A stretch of DNA of 64,000 bases from Anaerolineales bacterium (GTDB taxonomy: Bacteria > Chloroflexota > Anaerolineae > Anaerolineales > UBA4823). This document shows, in pieces, positions 15,014 through 24,983 of this stretch; the stretch's first letter is position 1; every line of letters starts with the position of its first letter. The notes below the pieces were generated by a model. That model worked only from the letters and a program-made list of their open reading frames with translations, did no database searches and had not been told where the DNA came from. The position numbers were made by a program, and so were the translations under genes. The stretch is taken from positions 128,137-192,136 of the forward strand of contig JAFGJM010000002.1 in NCBI GenBank assembly GCA_016929095.1, written 5' to 3'.

Positions 15014-16019
15014 AGAAACCATACTTATCGTCGAAGACAACCAAATATTAAGAGAAGGATTGCGAGATATCCTATCTTATGAGGGATTTACCATTCTGAC
15101 AGCCGTTCATGGTCAAGATGCCCTCGATCAGATGGGAACCATCACACCCGATTTGATCCTTTCGGATATTTCCATGCCGGAAATGGATGGAATCGCCTTT
15201 TTCAAATCGGTAAGAAAGCACGCCGATTGGGTTACCATTCCTTTTGTGTTTCTCACCGCGCGTGGCGAAAAGGAAGATGTATTAACCGGTAAAAATCTTG
15301 GCGCAGAAGATTACCTGATAAAACCCTTATCACGGGAAGAATTGCTTACCGCAGTACGAGGCAGGCTTAACCGGTCGCGCCAAATTCGAGTAGCTCAACT
15401 TCAACAAGCCTATGAAGCCAGCCTGACTGTTTTAGCCAATGCCATCGATGTCCGCGATGCCTATACTCGTGGACATGTAGAAAGAGTGACCGCATACTCT
15501 CAAACACTGGCGTTTGAGATGGGCTGGCAAGGTCGCCAGGTGGAACAACTGCGTTTTGGAGCGATCTTGCACGATATTGGAAAAATCGTCATCCAGGAAT
15601 CCACCCTCCTCAAACCAGGCGCTTTAGATAACGATGAATGGGAAATAATGAAGAGACACCCTATAACCGGGGCTGAGATGATAAAGGATATCCCTTATTT
15701 AGCGCCCGCTATTCCTGTCATTCGGCATCACCATGAACGCTGGGATGGTAAAGGCTACCCCGATCAACTGGCAGGATACGCTATTCCTCTCAGCGCCCGT
15801 ATCGTTGCCATCGCTGATGGATTTGATGCCATGACCATTGATCGACCGTACCGGGTAAGACTGTCACTAGAAGATGCCGCTAAAGAAATCGAGTCTTGCA
15901 GCGGCACTCAATATGACCCTGCCTGTGTCGCGGCATTTATGAAAGCCTGGGATGATAATAAAATCCAACAAATTTGGGAAAATTGGCAGGCAGTCCACCT
16001 GATGCCTTTAAAAGTATAA
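15003..16019 (+). CDS. Response regulator with HD-GYP phosphodiesterase domain
   Basis: REC (ILIVEDN, DLILSDISMPEMDG) plus HDIGK and HHERWDGKGYP. Confidence 0.85.
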   Translation: MNNKETILIVEDNQILREGLRDILSYEGFTILTAVHGQDALDQMGTITPDLILSDISMPEMDGIAFFKSVRKHADWVTIPFVFLTARGEKEDVLTGKNLGAEDYLIKPLSREELLTAVRGRLNRSRQIRVAQLQQAYEASLTVLANAIDVRDAYTRGHVERVTAYSQTLAFEMGWQGRQVEQLRFGAILHDIGKIVIQESTLLKPGALDNDEWEIMKRHPITGAEMIKDIPYLAPAIPVIRHHHERWDGKGYPDQLAGYAIPLSARIVAIADGFDAMTIDRPYRVRLSLEDAAKEIESCSGTQYDPACVAAFMKAWDDNKIQQIWENWQAVHLMPLKV

Positions 16020-16081
16020 TTCCAGTCAGGCCTTTATCTATTCCTGAGTGATCACATTTTTTTATTCAAGAGGATAAAAAT

Positions 16082-16126
16082 ATCAGGTTGGAGCCGGTAA
16101 AGCCGGCATCCAACCTGATTTTGTTC
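16082..16126. terminator. Bidirectional intrinsic terminator between convergent genes
   Basis: ATCAGGTTGGA...TCCAACCTGAT outer stem with an inner GCCGG/CCGGC stem. T-rich on both sides. Confidence 0.7.
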
Positions 16127-16150
16127 ACCGAATAGTCCGCCATTGGACTA

Positions 16151-17347
16151 TTAATCATCGATCACCCAATATGCGATATCTTCCACATACACGACTAATT
16201 TCGAGGTTTCTGCTGAACCGACCATCAGCCCAAACCTTCCAAAATCGAACATATCGTCTTCATATTCCCCCAATAACTCACCATTGGCATACAACTCAAA
16301 GGAATCACCTACGGCTAAAATGCCCATGCGGTTGGTCTGACCAGGTCCGGTAATTATGTGGCTGTCTTCTTTCCATTCCTGGAGTGCATAATAATTCGAG
16401 CCATCCCAACGATAAAATCGGAAAGAACCATCACACGCAAAACTAATTACATATGCCGAATTGGGTGGAGATACACGGATCACTAATCCATATCGATCTC
16501 GACCTTCGCAATGATCACCAATCTTAAAGGTAGCTTCCATATAGAAATCATCCAACTCAGGATGAGTAGCTAAACCCCATTCATCCTTTTTGCCAGACGA
16601 CAGTACTTTCATGATTAAATGACCCTTTTTGTGAGAAAACACCGTATTATAGGTTTCCAGTAAGTACCAATTATTGGTGTTTTTGAATGTATCATCCCAG
16701 GTGGGAGCTCCCAGCTCGATCCCAGAGATAGTTACTATAACACTTATCTCTACATCAAAAGGTTTCTGCGCTTTTTCTCCAAAGCCGAAATTTACTCCTG
16801 ATCCATTTTGTAATTGCCACTCACCTCGATAATCCCCTTTTCCTTCAGGCGCCGTAAATGAAACAGAGATATCAATTGTCTCTCCCGGAGGAACAACCTC
16901 AGACAACGCTATGGGAGATGCGCCATTCAATTGATTTCCCCCGGTGAATACGTAATTATATTGTTCATTCCAAATGCATGTCCCGCTATTACGTAAACGC
17001 CATGTTTTAATAAAAGTCTCGCCCGGTGAAAATGATGTTCCATCCTCCACAGTTACATCTTCAACCAGTTCTGCTTTATCGATACAAGCTTCAACGGGCG
17101 TAAATGTGGGTGTCTGAGTTGGCTCGCCAGTTGGGGTTTCAATAACATCTTGATCGATGCCAGGCATTGCTTGAGTAACCTCAGAAACAGGTAATTGGGA
17201 TGTGGCGGCAATATCTTGGGTGGGAATTAATGTGTCGGTCGGATAAATCGGACTAGAATTTGTATCCTCTCCAGGATAATTACATCCGGAAAACAACAAT
17301 GCGCCTGAAAGAACCAAAGCCATTATATATATCTCATACCGCTTCAT
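16151..17347 (-). CDS. Lipoprotein with NBR1-FW/Ig-like domain
   Basis: Lipobox LLFSGC. EDVTVEDGTSFSPGETFIKTWRLRNSGTCIW. Confidence 0.6.
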   Translation of the reverse strand: MKRYEIYIMALVLSGALLFSGCNYPGEDTNSSPIYPTDTLIPTQDIAATSQLPVSEVTQAMPGIDQDVIETPTGEPTQTPTFTPVEACIDKAELVEDVTVEDGTSFSPGETFIKTWRLRNSGTCIWNEQYNYVFTGGNQLNGASPIALSEVVPPGETIDISVSFTAPEGKGDYRGEWQLQNGSGVNFGFGEKAQKPFDVEISVIVTISGIELGAPTWDDTFKNTNNWYLLETYNTVFSHKKGHLIMKVLSSGKKDEWGLATHPELDDFYMEATFKIGDHCEGRDRYGLVIRVSPPNSAYVISFACDGSFRFYRWDGSNYYALQEWKEDSHIITGPGQTNRMGILAVGDSFELYANGELLGEYEDDMFDFGRFGLMVGSAETSKLVVYVEDIAYWVIDD

Positions 17348-17508
17348 ATCATTAGCCTCTCAAATAGTAAAACCCGCCTGCGCGGGTTTCTATAACCTCA
17401 GCAAATATAATGCACTGCGGTCGATATTTCTTTATTCGTCCCAAACACTGTGTAGATTGAACCAATGGCTTCTGAATGATGCCTATCTTCAGAAGCCATC
17501 AGTTATTT

Positions 17509-18192
17509 TTAATTATAGAACCAGCTATACGCATAAGCTCCGGTCGATTTATTTTTCACGGTGATCGAAAGCATATCTTTCTTTTTCAATCCAGAGGGGA
17601 TATCAAATGTAGCCGTAAAAGTAGTTTTCTTTCCAGTGGTTATTGTACCGACCTTTTTTCCGGTTGATCCTGCGCCATAGTTATTCAAATAAATGATGAG
17701 TTTGGATTTCTTCGGGAAGTTATAGCCTTTGATGGTTACAGTTTTACCCTCATTCACAGAGACTACTGTGATGTATGGGGCGCCATAATAATATGCGTAA
17801 TTGGTGCCATAGTTACTATAACTTGTGTATGGACCACCATAGCCATAATAATTATAGTAATTATATGGGCCGCCATAACCGTAATAATTATATCCATAGT
17901 AGTTCTGGTAATTATATGGGCCGCCTGTACCATATTTAGTCGCTACGGCTGGAATGCATAATACTTCACCAGCATAGATTTTCCCTGGATTTTTGATATT
18001 ATTTGCCTTCGAAATTTTATCCCAGGTCATCCCGTATCGAAGCCCAATTTTATAAAGAGTCTCACCATACCAAACAGTATGGTAATAGGCACACTTTGTT
18101 GATTTAGCCGGTTGGGTAGTAAAACCAAACCCGCTTAAAGCAACAATTAATGCCAATAAAATTAATATTGATTTTTGTGTCGCCTTTTTCAT
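17509..18192 (-). CDS. Secreted LysM-domain protein with Tyr/Gly/Asn-rich low-complexity segment
   Basis: Signal peptide. LysM YYHTVWYGETLYKIGLRYGMTWDKISKANNI. YG-rich run GGPYNYQNYYGYNYYGYGGPYNYYNYYGYGGPY. Confidence 0.7.
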   Translation of the reverse strand: MKKATQKSILILLALIVALSGFGFTTQPAKSTKCAYYHTVWYGETLYKIGLRYGMTWDKISKANNIKNPGKIYAGEVLCIPAVATKYGTGGPYNYQNYYGYNYYGYGGPYNYYNYYGYGGPYTSYSNYGTNYAYYYGAPYITVVSVNEGKTVTIKGYNFPKKSKLIIYLNNYGAGSTGKKVGTITTGKKTTFTATFDIPSGLKKKDMLSITVKNKSTGAYAYSWFYN

Positions 18193-18418
18193 TGGGTCCT
18201 CCTAACACTCTCTGCAGTGCCTGGTGGAATATCCACCTTTTGTGAACGATGAATTTTGGTTTTTCATTACTATATTTATGCCACCAATAACTAGTATTAC
18301 ATTCCTATATCGACCAATTTTAATAGATTTTAATCTTTTAATATTAACAAAACCGTACACGCATTTGGCAAAATACTTGCAACGAGCGTCCTTTCAAAAT
18401 TCATCATCACAGTAAACA

Positions 18419-18826
18419 TTAATACGTAATGATTCTCTCCAATTTTTTAGCCTGTGAAACCCAATCCGCTACCTGATTCTCGGTAGGTAATTTCCGAACT
18501 AATTCCTTCTCTTGATTGACCGATACTAATTTTTGGAACAGATTCTCTGGATTTCGATTCGCTAATTCCGGCACCGTATCCACACCGGCTTCCTCCAAAA
18601 GATCAGAGTATTCTGATCCTACGCCTACAATGCGATACAAATCTGCATGGTTGACCCATTCCAAAATGAGAGAATCACTAATACCAGTAGTCTGAGAAAG
18701 CTCCTGTCGTCCTTTTGGCGTTTTACCTTTCTCCAACAATGCATCTGTTGTACGAACTCCAGCTTCTATGAGTTTTTCAGCGTATTTTGGACCTATACCT
18801 TCAATGTCTATAATTCTTGGCATCAT
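18419..18826 (-). CDS. DUF4332-like tandem helix-hairpin-helix protein
   Basis: IEGIGPKYAEKLIEAGV and IVGVGSEYSDLLEEAGV repeats. Confidence 0.55.
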   Translation of the reverse strand: MMPRIIDIEGIGPKYAEKLIEAGVRTTDALLEKGKTPKGRQELSQTTGISDSLILEWVNHADLYRIVGVGSEYSDLLEEAGVDTVPELANRNPENLFQKLVSVNQEKELVRKLPTENQVADWVSQAKKLERIITY

Positions 18827-19156
18827 ATCCTCCTATGAAAAAATAATTATCGATGGATGCTTATTATACAATTAAAATCAAAAAAGGGAAAAAAGTCATG
18901 CATCATTTTTTGAAAAAATATGATATTTCCCTTGATATTTTATAAAAAAATTGAAGGATAATCAATTTTTAATTGTGGCTGAGGATATCTGCGTTTATAA
19001 CACGTGCAATTAATTTAATATTAATTTTCCTTATTCTGAGGGATGATTTCCAACAGCCAATTTATATGATTTTTGTCATGAATGATTGCCCTCTTTTGTG
19101 TGATATTCATCACTACTCACAAGCATATACCCCTTATATACTAAGATGGAAATATA

Positions 19157-19189
19157 CAAATTCGTTCATATTGATTCAAATTCGTTCAT
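19157..19189 (+). promoter_or_regulatory. Direct repeat CAAATTCGTTCAT x2 with 20-bp phasing (candidate regulator site)
   Basis: Copies at 19157-19169 and 19177-19189, about 55-85 bp upstream of ATG 19244. Confidence 0.35.
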
Positions 19190-19243
19190 TGCATAAAACC
19201 GTTCTCGGTAGTTAAATACTTTGCATAAGGAGGCAACGCCTCG

Positions 19244-19696
19244 ATGATTAACAATGAAGAATTGCTTTCCTTCACCGGGTTCTCCAAAGAAATTGGTGAC
19301 CTCATTCCCCTGCTGCAAACCTGTCAAAAGCAATTTGGATATATCTCAGAAAATTCTGTTCGCCAGATTGCCCACTACTTAAATATTTCGGAAAATCATA
19401 TTTACGGAGTGGCATCGTTTTATTCGCAGTTTCGATTTAAAAAACCAGGAGATAATTGCATTCGTGTGTGCCTGGGAACAGCATGTCATGTTCAAGGCAG
19501 TCAGCATTTATCCGATGAAATAAAATCTAAATTGGGTATTGAACCTGGTGAAACAACCCCAGATAATCGCTTCGATTACGAAGAGGTTGCCTGTCTTGGG
19601 TGCTGCGCACAAGCATCTGTTGTAGAAATTAACGGAAAAATTTTTGGCAAAATGACCCCAGAAAAACTCGGAAAAATCATCCAAGACTATGAATAA
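19244..19696 (+). CDS. NuoE/HoxE-type [2Fe-2S] thioredoxin-like subunit
   Basis: CLGTACHVQG ... ACLGCCAQAS provides all four Cys ligands. AAGGAGG RBS. Confidence 0.8.
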   Translation: MINNEELLSFTGFSKEIGDLIPLLQTCQKQFGYISENSVRQIAHYLNISENHIYGVASFYSQFRFKKPGDNCIRVCLGTACHVQGSQHLSDEIKSKLGIEPGETTPDNRFDYEEVACLGCCAQASVVEINGKIFGKMTPEKLGKIIQDYE

Positions 19697-21593
19697 ATTT
19701 TACCAATTAAAAAACCAAGCACTTGAAAAGTGGGATAAATTATTTAATGCCGATTTACCTGTCATTTACATCGGCGCGGCGTCTTGCGGTAAAGCCGCGG
19801 GCGCAATGGAGATCCTGGTAACCATTCAAACCACCCTGAAGGAATTAAACAAAACGGCTAACGTTGTGCAGGTTGGCTGCATCGGACCTTGTTACCTGGA
19901 ACCACTCATGGACATAGCTTTACCGGGTATGCCCAGGATCAGCTATGCCAATGTCACCCAAGAGAAAGCCAAAAAAATCCTGAAAGCTGCACTGGTCGAT
20001 GGTGATATTTCTGCAAGCCAGGCTGTTGGACATTTTGGCGATGATCGCTTTACTGAAAAAAGCGGTATCCCAAAATTTTTCGATTTGCCCATGCTCAAAC
20101 ATCAGGTTAGGATCATATTACGAAATTGCGGCTTCATCGATCCGGAAAATATCGATCACTATATTGCTCGTGGCGGATACCAGGGTTTCTTCAACGCGCT
20201 GTCAAAATCATCTTTGGAAGTCATTGAAGAAGTAAAAGAATCCGGAATTCGCGGCAGAGGCGGCGCCGGGTTTCCCACTTATAAAAAATGGGAGATTGGC
20301 CGGGATGTCCCCGGGCCAATAAAATACGTGGTTTGTAATGCCGATGAAGGCGATCCCGGAGCATTCATGAACCGCTCGCTTTTAGAAGGCGACCCCCACG
20401 CGGTTTTGGAAGGCATGTTGATCGCATCCTATGCCATTGGTGCTACTGCCGGATATGTATATGTTCGTGCAGAATACCCCCTGGCGGTTTTGCGATTAAA
20501 AACTGCCATAGAACAGATGCGAGAATATGGGCTGCTGGGGATGAATATTCTGGGTTCCGGTTTTAATTTCAATATTACGGTTAAAGAAGGCGCCGGAGCA
20601 TTTGTTTGCGGCGAGGAAACAGCCTTGATTGCCTCCCTGGAAGGCGAGAGAGGTATGCCCAGACCCAGACCTCCGTATCCCGCCGAAGTGGGTCTGAATG
20701 AAAGACCGACCATTATCAACAATACTGAGACATTCGGTACACTTCCCAATATTCTTCGTAATGGCGGAAAGTGGTACAGCCAATATGGCATGCCGGGTAA
20801 CACTGGCACAAAAACATTCTCACTAGTTGGTAAAGTAAAGTATACCGGTTTAATCGAAATCCCCCTGGGAATGACACTCCGTCAAATTGTGTTTGATATT
20901 GGCGGTGGTACGAAAAAACCCTTCAAAGCTGTTCAAACTGGTGGTCCTCTGGGCGGCTGTCTTTCAGCAGACTTATTGGATACACCTGTTAATTATGAAA
21001 ATATGGCTGCCAGTGGCTCGATTATGGGCTCGGGTGGATTGATTGTTATGGATGAAACCACCTGCCTGGTTGACCTTGCCAGATATTTCCAATCTTTTTC
21101 AAAAAGTGAATCGTGCGGTAAATGTACAGCCTGCCGTACAGGTACACGGATATTGGTGGATACTCTGGATAAAATTGTACGCGGTGAAGGGGAAGCCAAT
21201 GATGTTGGCATTCTCTATACTGTTGCCGATACCATGCAAAAAACCGCCATGTGCGGGGCAGGACAAACCGCCCCCAATCCTGTCCTTTCCACCATCCGTT
21301 ATTTCCTCTCCGAATATCACGCCCACATCCTTGATAAATACTGCCCATCGGGTGTATGCAAAGAACTCTTTGATTATTATATCGACCCCGAAAAATGCAC
21401 AGGATGTGGCCGTTGCATAAAAGTTTGTTCCACGCAAGCGATCACAGGAGAGAAAAAACAGACGCATTTCCTCGATACATCGAAATGCATCAAATGTAAA
21501 AATTGTGTCGATATCTGCCGTTTTGACGCTGTCATCAGCGTCCCGCGAGCAGTAACCGTAAAGACCGATCCTTATTCTGAGATAACGCTATGA
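19689..21593 (+). CDS. NuoF/HydB-type NAD(P)H-binding flavoprotein with extra Fe-S domains
   Basis: GRGGAGFPTYKKW, CNADEGDPGAF, ESCGKCTACRTG, and C-terminal CTGCGRCIKVC / CIKCKNCVDIC. Confidence 0.85.
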   Translation: MNKFYQLKNQALEKWDKLFNADLPVIYIGAASCGKAAGAMEILVTIQTTLKELNKTANVVQVGCIGPCYLEPLMDIALPGMPRISYANVTQEKAKKILKAALVDGDISASQAVGHFGDDRFTEKSGIPKFFDLPMLKHQVRIILRNCGFIDPENIDHYIARGGYQGFFNALSKSSLEVIEEVKESGIRGRGGAGFPTYKKWEIGRDVPGPIKYVVCNADEGDPGAFMNRSLLEGDPHAVLEGMLIASYAIGATAGYVYVRAEYPLAVLRLKTAIEQMREYGLLGMNILGSGFNFNITVKEGAGAFVCGEETALIASLEGERGMPRPRPPYPAEVGLNERPTIINNTETFGTLPNILRNGGKWYSQYGMPGNTGTKTFSLVGKVKYTGLIEIPLGMTLRQIVFDIGGGTKKPFKAVQTGGPLGGCLSADLLDTPVNYENMAASGSIMGSGGLIVMDETTCLVDLARYFQSFSKSESCGKCTACRTGTRILVDTLDKIVRGEGEANDVGILYTVADTMQKTAMCGAGQTAPNPVLSTIRYFLSEYHAHILDKYCPSGVCKELFDYYIDPEKCTGCGRCIKVCSTQAITGEKKQTHFLDTSKCIKCKNCVDICRFDAVISVPRAVTVKTDPYSEITL

Positions 21594-24106
21594 AACTTAA
21601 AGTCACAATCGATGGACAACATCTAGAAGTCGATAGCGGGATTACGATTTTACAAGCCGCTCGCCAGCATAATATCTACATTCCGACCCTGTGTGATTAC
21701 CCCAATCTACCTCCGCATGGTAGCTGCCGCCTTTGCATTGTGGATGTCGAGGGAAGAACAAAAACCCCTGCTGCTTGTACAACACCGGTAGAAGAAGGCA
21801 TGGTAGTGCATACTAACACTGCCCATCTTCAATATTTGCGCAGCGAAATCCTCAAGATGATCTTGTCTGAACACCCTTCATGTTGTTTATTTTGCAAGGA
21901 ACAAGACCACTGTGAAGATTGCATGGTAACCGTCCGAAAGACTGGCGTCACAACCGGATGCCGAACCTGTCCTAAAGATGGACAATGTGAGCTGCAAGAA
22001 TTGATCAGCCATATTGATTTGGGTGAATTTTCCTATCCATTTCACTATCGAGGCCATAAGGTAGAAAGAGATGATCCATTTTTCGACCGCGATTACAACC
22101 TGTGTATTTATTGCGGTCGCTGTATGAGAGTGTGCGAAAATCATCACCTGGTCGGGACACTCACTTATCTAAATAAAGGTTCCCATACCGTGGTGGGCAC
22201 CGCCTTTAATCGCAATCATGTCGAAGCCGGTTGTAGTTTTTGCGGCGCATGCGTGGATGTTTGCCCTACCGGAGCTTTGTCAGAAAAGACACGTAAATGG
22301 GCAGGCGTTCCCGACAAGAAAACCCTGACCAATTGCCCCCTATGCAGCCTGGGCTGTGAAATGGAATTGGTAACGAAAAATGATAAGGTTATCGGGAGCA
22401 CACCGGTTGAACAACCCGGAAACGGGCATTTATGCGTTAAAGGCAGGTTCAGCATTACCGAGATGGTGAATCATCCTTCCCGGCTTACCCAGCCAAAAAT
22501 CTTCGCCGAAAATAAACCCTTGTCAATTACATGGGAAGCCGCAATTAAAAAAGCTGTCGAGAAATTATCCGTTTGTAAACCAGATAAGTTCGGCATGATC
22601 ATATCCGCCAACGCCACAAATGAAGAACTTTACATCGCGGAAAAATTCACACGCTGTGTGATGCATTCAAATCAGATTATCACATCAGCGCGCCATAATT
22701 ACGGCGATAGCTTTTTCACGATGATGGATATCGTAAAAGATTCATTGTCCATCTCTGCTATTGATACCGCTTCCACCGTGTTATGCCTGGGACTTGAGAC
22801 CCGCTATGCCTTATCGGTCATTGAATCGCACCTCAATCAAGCGCGAAAAAGCGGCGCAACGATTTTATCCATCTGCACCGATCGGCATAACTTATCCGAA
22901 AATGCCGATCTATGGATCCAACCGGTACCGGAAAAAGATGAAGACGTTTACCAAAAATTACTCAGCTTCATATGCCCCGACATTGAAAGTACTGAGTTAT
23001 CGCACCGAGATTTTTTAGCCAGACCTCAAATTACCCAATTAAAATCCTTGGCAAGAACGCTGGAAGAGAGTGACAATCCTGTTATTATCATTGGTCCAAA
23101 ATACTTGCGTTTACCAAATACGCAAAATATTCTCCAACTGATCAAAACCATTGCAGAGAAGGTCAATGCGGGAATTATCATTTTACCTGCCCATAACAAT
23201 GTTTATGGCACCGTATTAATGGGCGCTCATCCCGAAGTGTTACCTGGCGGATTACCGATTACCCAAAACTGCTATCGTGATGAAAACGAAAAAGCCTGGC
23301 AGCAACCTCTGCCGGTCCATAAAGAGAATAAAACATGGCTAGATCATCAGGGGGAAAGAAATCTGGATGTGTTTTATTTGATTGGTGAGAACATCCAAAC
23401 TTACACGAAAAACGATGAATTTGTCATTTACCAGCATATGTTCCCGCCGGCTCAATTAAATTCAGTGGATATGTTGCTTCCCATGGCTGCTTTTACAGAA
23501 GGAGATGGCACTTTTATCAATTACGAAGGTAAAGTGTTAAACACAAAAAGTGTATCCCAGCCCCTTGAAAATTCTTTGCCATCCTGGAAAATTCTTTGCC
23601 TGATTGCTCAAGCTATGGGAGTAAAAGGTTTTGATTTTAATTCCGTTGAAGAGATTCAGGAAGAAATAGGTTCGCTGATCCCCGGTTTTCAAATCAATCA
23701 TATTGTATCCAAAATTTCCATCACACCTTTTTTGGATATCAAACCTCCTTCTCAATCTTCAAGCAAGTCAAAAAAGTCCAGCAAAAAAAATTGGCCCTTC
23801 ATGCTTACCGCCCATCTTTCCGATCAAACTTATCTGGGTATGCCAATTTCGAATTTTGTTGAAGGGCTGCAAGTACTTTATCCAGAAGAAATGCTATGCA
23901 TTAATCCAGACGATGCCGAAACCATGGGAATTGAACCCGGCGATAATGTTTTAGTGACATCGCTAAATTTCGCGAAAATATGGCCTGCCTGGCTGGATAG
24001 TCGGCAACAGCCTGGTACGCTTTCGGTAAGCTTAGACCACCTCAATGCGGTTCCACCCACAATCGCACCTGCGGAGATCAAAAAAATCCATGTTCAAACT
24101 GATTGA
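21590..24106 (+). CDS. NuoG/FdhA-like Fe-S + molybdopterin-oxidoreductase-fold subunit lacking the Cys/Sec-His active-site dyad
   Basis: N-terminal 2Fe-2S/4Fe-4S motifs; CPLCSLGC...GHLCVKGRF. The segment aligned to FdhA [14 protein letters not shown] reads QIITSARHNYGDSF. Confidence 0.7.
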   Translation: MKLKVTIDGQHLEVDSGITILQAARQHNIYIPTLCDYPNLPPHGSCRLCIVDVEGRTKTPAACTTPVEEGMVVHTNTAHLQYLRSEILKMILSEHPSCCLFCKEQDHCEDCMVTVRKTGVTTGCRTCPKDGQCELQELISHIDLGEFSYPFHYRGHKVERDDPFFDRDYNLCIYCGRCMRVCENHHLVGTLTYLNKGSHTVVGTAFNRNHVEAGCSFCGACVDVCPTGALSEKTRKWAGVPDKKTLTNCPLCSLGCEMELVTKNDKVIGSTPVEQPGNGHLCVKGRFSITEMVNHPSRLTQPKIFAENKPLSITWEAAIKKAVEKLSVCKPDKFGMIISANATNEELYIAEKFTRCVMHSNQIITSARHNYGDSFFTMMDIVKDSLSISAIDTASTVLCLGLETRYALSVIESHLNQARKSGATILSICTDRHNLSENADLWIQPVPEKDEDVYQKLLSFICPDIESTELSHRDFLARPQITQLKSLARTLEESDNPVIIIGPKYLRLPNTQNILQLIKTIAEKVNAGIIILPAHNNVYGTVLMGAHPEVLPGGLPITQNCYRDENEKAWQQPLPVHKENKTWLDHQGERNLDVFYLIGENIQTYTKNDEFVIYQHMFPPAQLNSVDMLLPMAAFTEGDGTFINYEGKVLNTKSVSQPLENSLPSWKILCLIAQAMGVKGFDFNSVEEIQEEIGSLIPGFQINHIVSKISITPFLDIKPPSQSSSKSKKSSKKNWPFMLTAHLSDQTYLGMPISNFVEGLQVLYPEEMLCINPDDAETMGIEPGDNVLVTSLNFAKIWPAWLDSRQQPGTLSVSLDHLNAVPPTIAPAEIKKIHVQTD

Positions 24107-24956
24107 AAATAAAATGGTTGTCCCCAATCTTCACCAAATCACGGTGGAGGCGCCTGAAATTGCTGCGGCAGTTGAACCCGGCCAATTCGTCATCATACGC
24201 CCAGAGGAAGATGGTGAGCGTATCCCCTTAACTGTATCCGATTGGGATCGAGATAAAGGCACAATTACAATTGTATTTATGAATGTTGGAAAAACCACCG
24301 ACGTTCTTTCATCACTACCTGTAGGAGTATCCCTGGCAACTGTAGTCGGTCCCCTTGGTAAAAATATGGAAATTGATCTTTACGGTACAGCTCTTTGCAT
24401 TGGCGGGTGTTACGGCATTGCCAGTATTTATCCCATCGCCAAAGCGTTGAAGGAAAAAGGGAACACCGTCATCACTATGGTGGAAGCGCGCAGCGCCTAT
24501 CTCCTGTATTGGCTTGAAAAACTGCGGAATGTCTCCGATAAAATGGTCATCATAACACGTGACGGTTCTCGAGGAATACGAGGGCATATCAATCGATTGC
24601 CGGAAATTCTTACTGCCTTAAAAACACCGGTAAACCGCGTGATTATAAACGGTTGTAACTACTTAATGATGCGCGGATCGGAAGAAACCCGGCCTTTCGA
24701 GATCCCTACCATTGTCAGCTTGAATACATTAATGATCGATGGCACTGGTATGTGCGGAGTCTGCCGGGTTACCGTCGATTCGAAGACATTATTTGCCTGT
24801 GTGGATGGACCTCATTTCGATGGTCACCTGGTGGACTGGGAAGAGCTGGCACAAAGACGAAAAGGATATCTAAAAGAAGAAGTTTTACCTGTTCTTAACA
24901 GTCGTCCATATCATAATCAACTCGGCATCAGGCCGCCCATCATTTCTCAAACATAA
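24090..24956 (+). CDS. nfnA: NfnA/SudB-like FAD/NAD(P)-binding small subunit
   Basis: MFKLIENKMVVPNLHQITVEAPEIA...GQFVIIRP...GMCGVCRV. Start trimmed to ATG 24090. Confidence 0.7.
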   Translation: MFKLIENKMVVPNLHQITVEAPEIAAAVEPGQFVIIRPEEDGERIPLTVSDWDRDKGTITIVFMNVGKTTDVLSSLPVGVSLATVVGPLGKNMEIDLYGTALCIGGCYGIASIYPIAKALKEKGNTVITMVEARSAYLLYWLEKLRNVSDKMVIITRDGSRGIRGHINRLPEILTALKTPVNRVIINGCNYLMMRGSEETRPFEIPTIVSLNTLMIDGTGMCGVCRVTVDSKTLFACVDGPHFDGHLVDWEELAQRRKGYLKEEVLPVLNSRPYHNQLGIRPPIISQT

Positions 24957-24983
24957 CCCCACGTCACAATTGGAAAACGATTT

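Noticed and set aside
20429-21467. Multiple antisense/alternate-frame ORFs inside the NuoF-like gene (and similar ones inside nfnB, fdhA, hydrogenase, fadD, valS)
   Set aside because: They are embedded in genes with strong family motifs and have low-complexity or Arg/Pro/Gly-rich translations.
24045-24089. Upstream start of the NfnA-like ORF
   Set aside because: The extension lies inside the preceding gene. The conserved N-terminus MFKLIENK starts at 24090.
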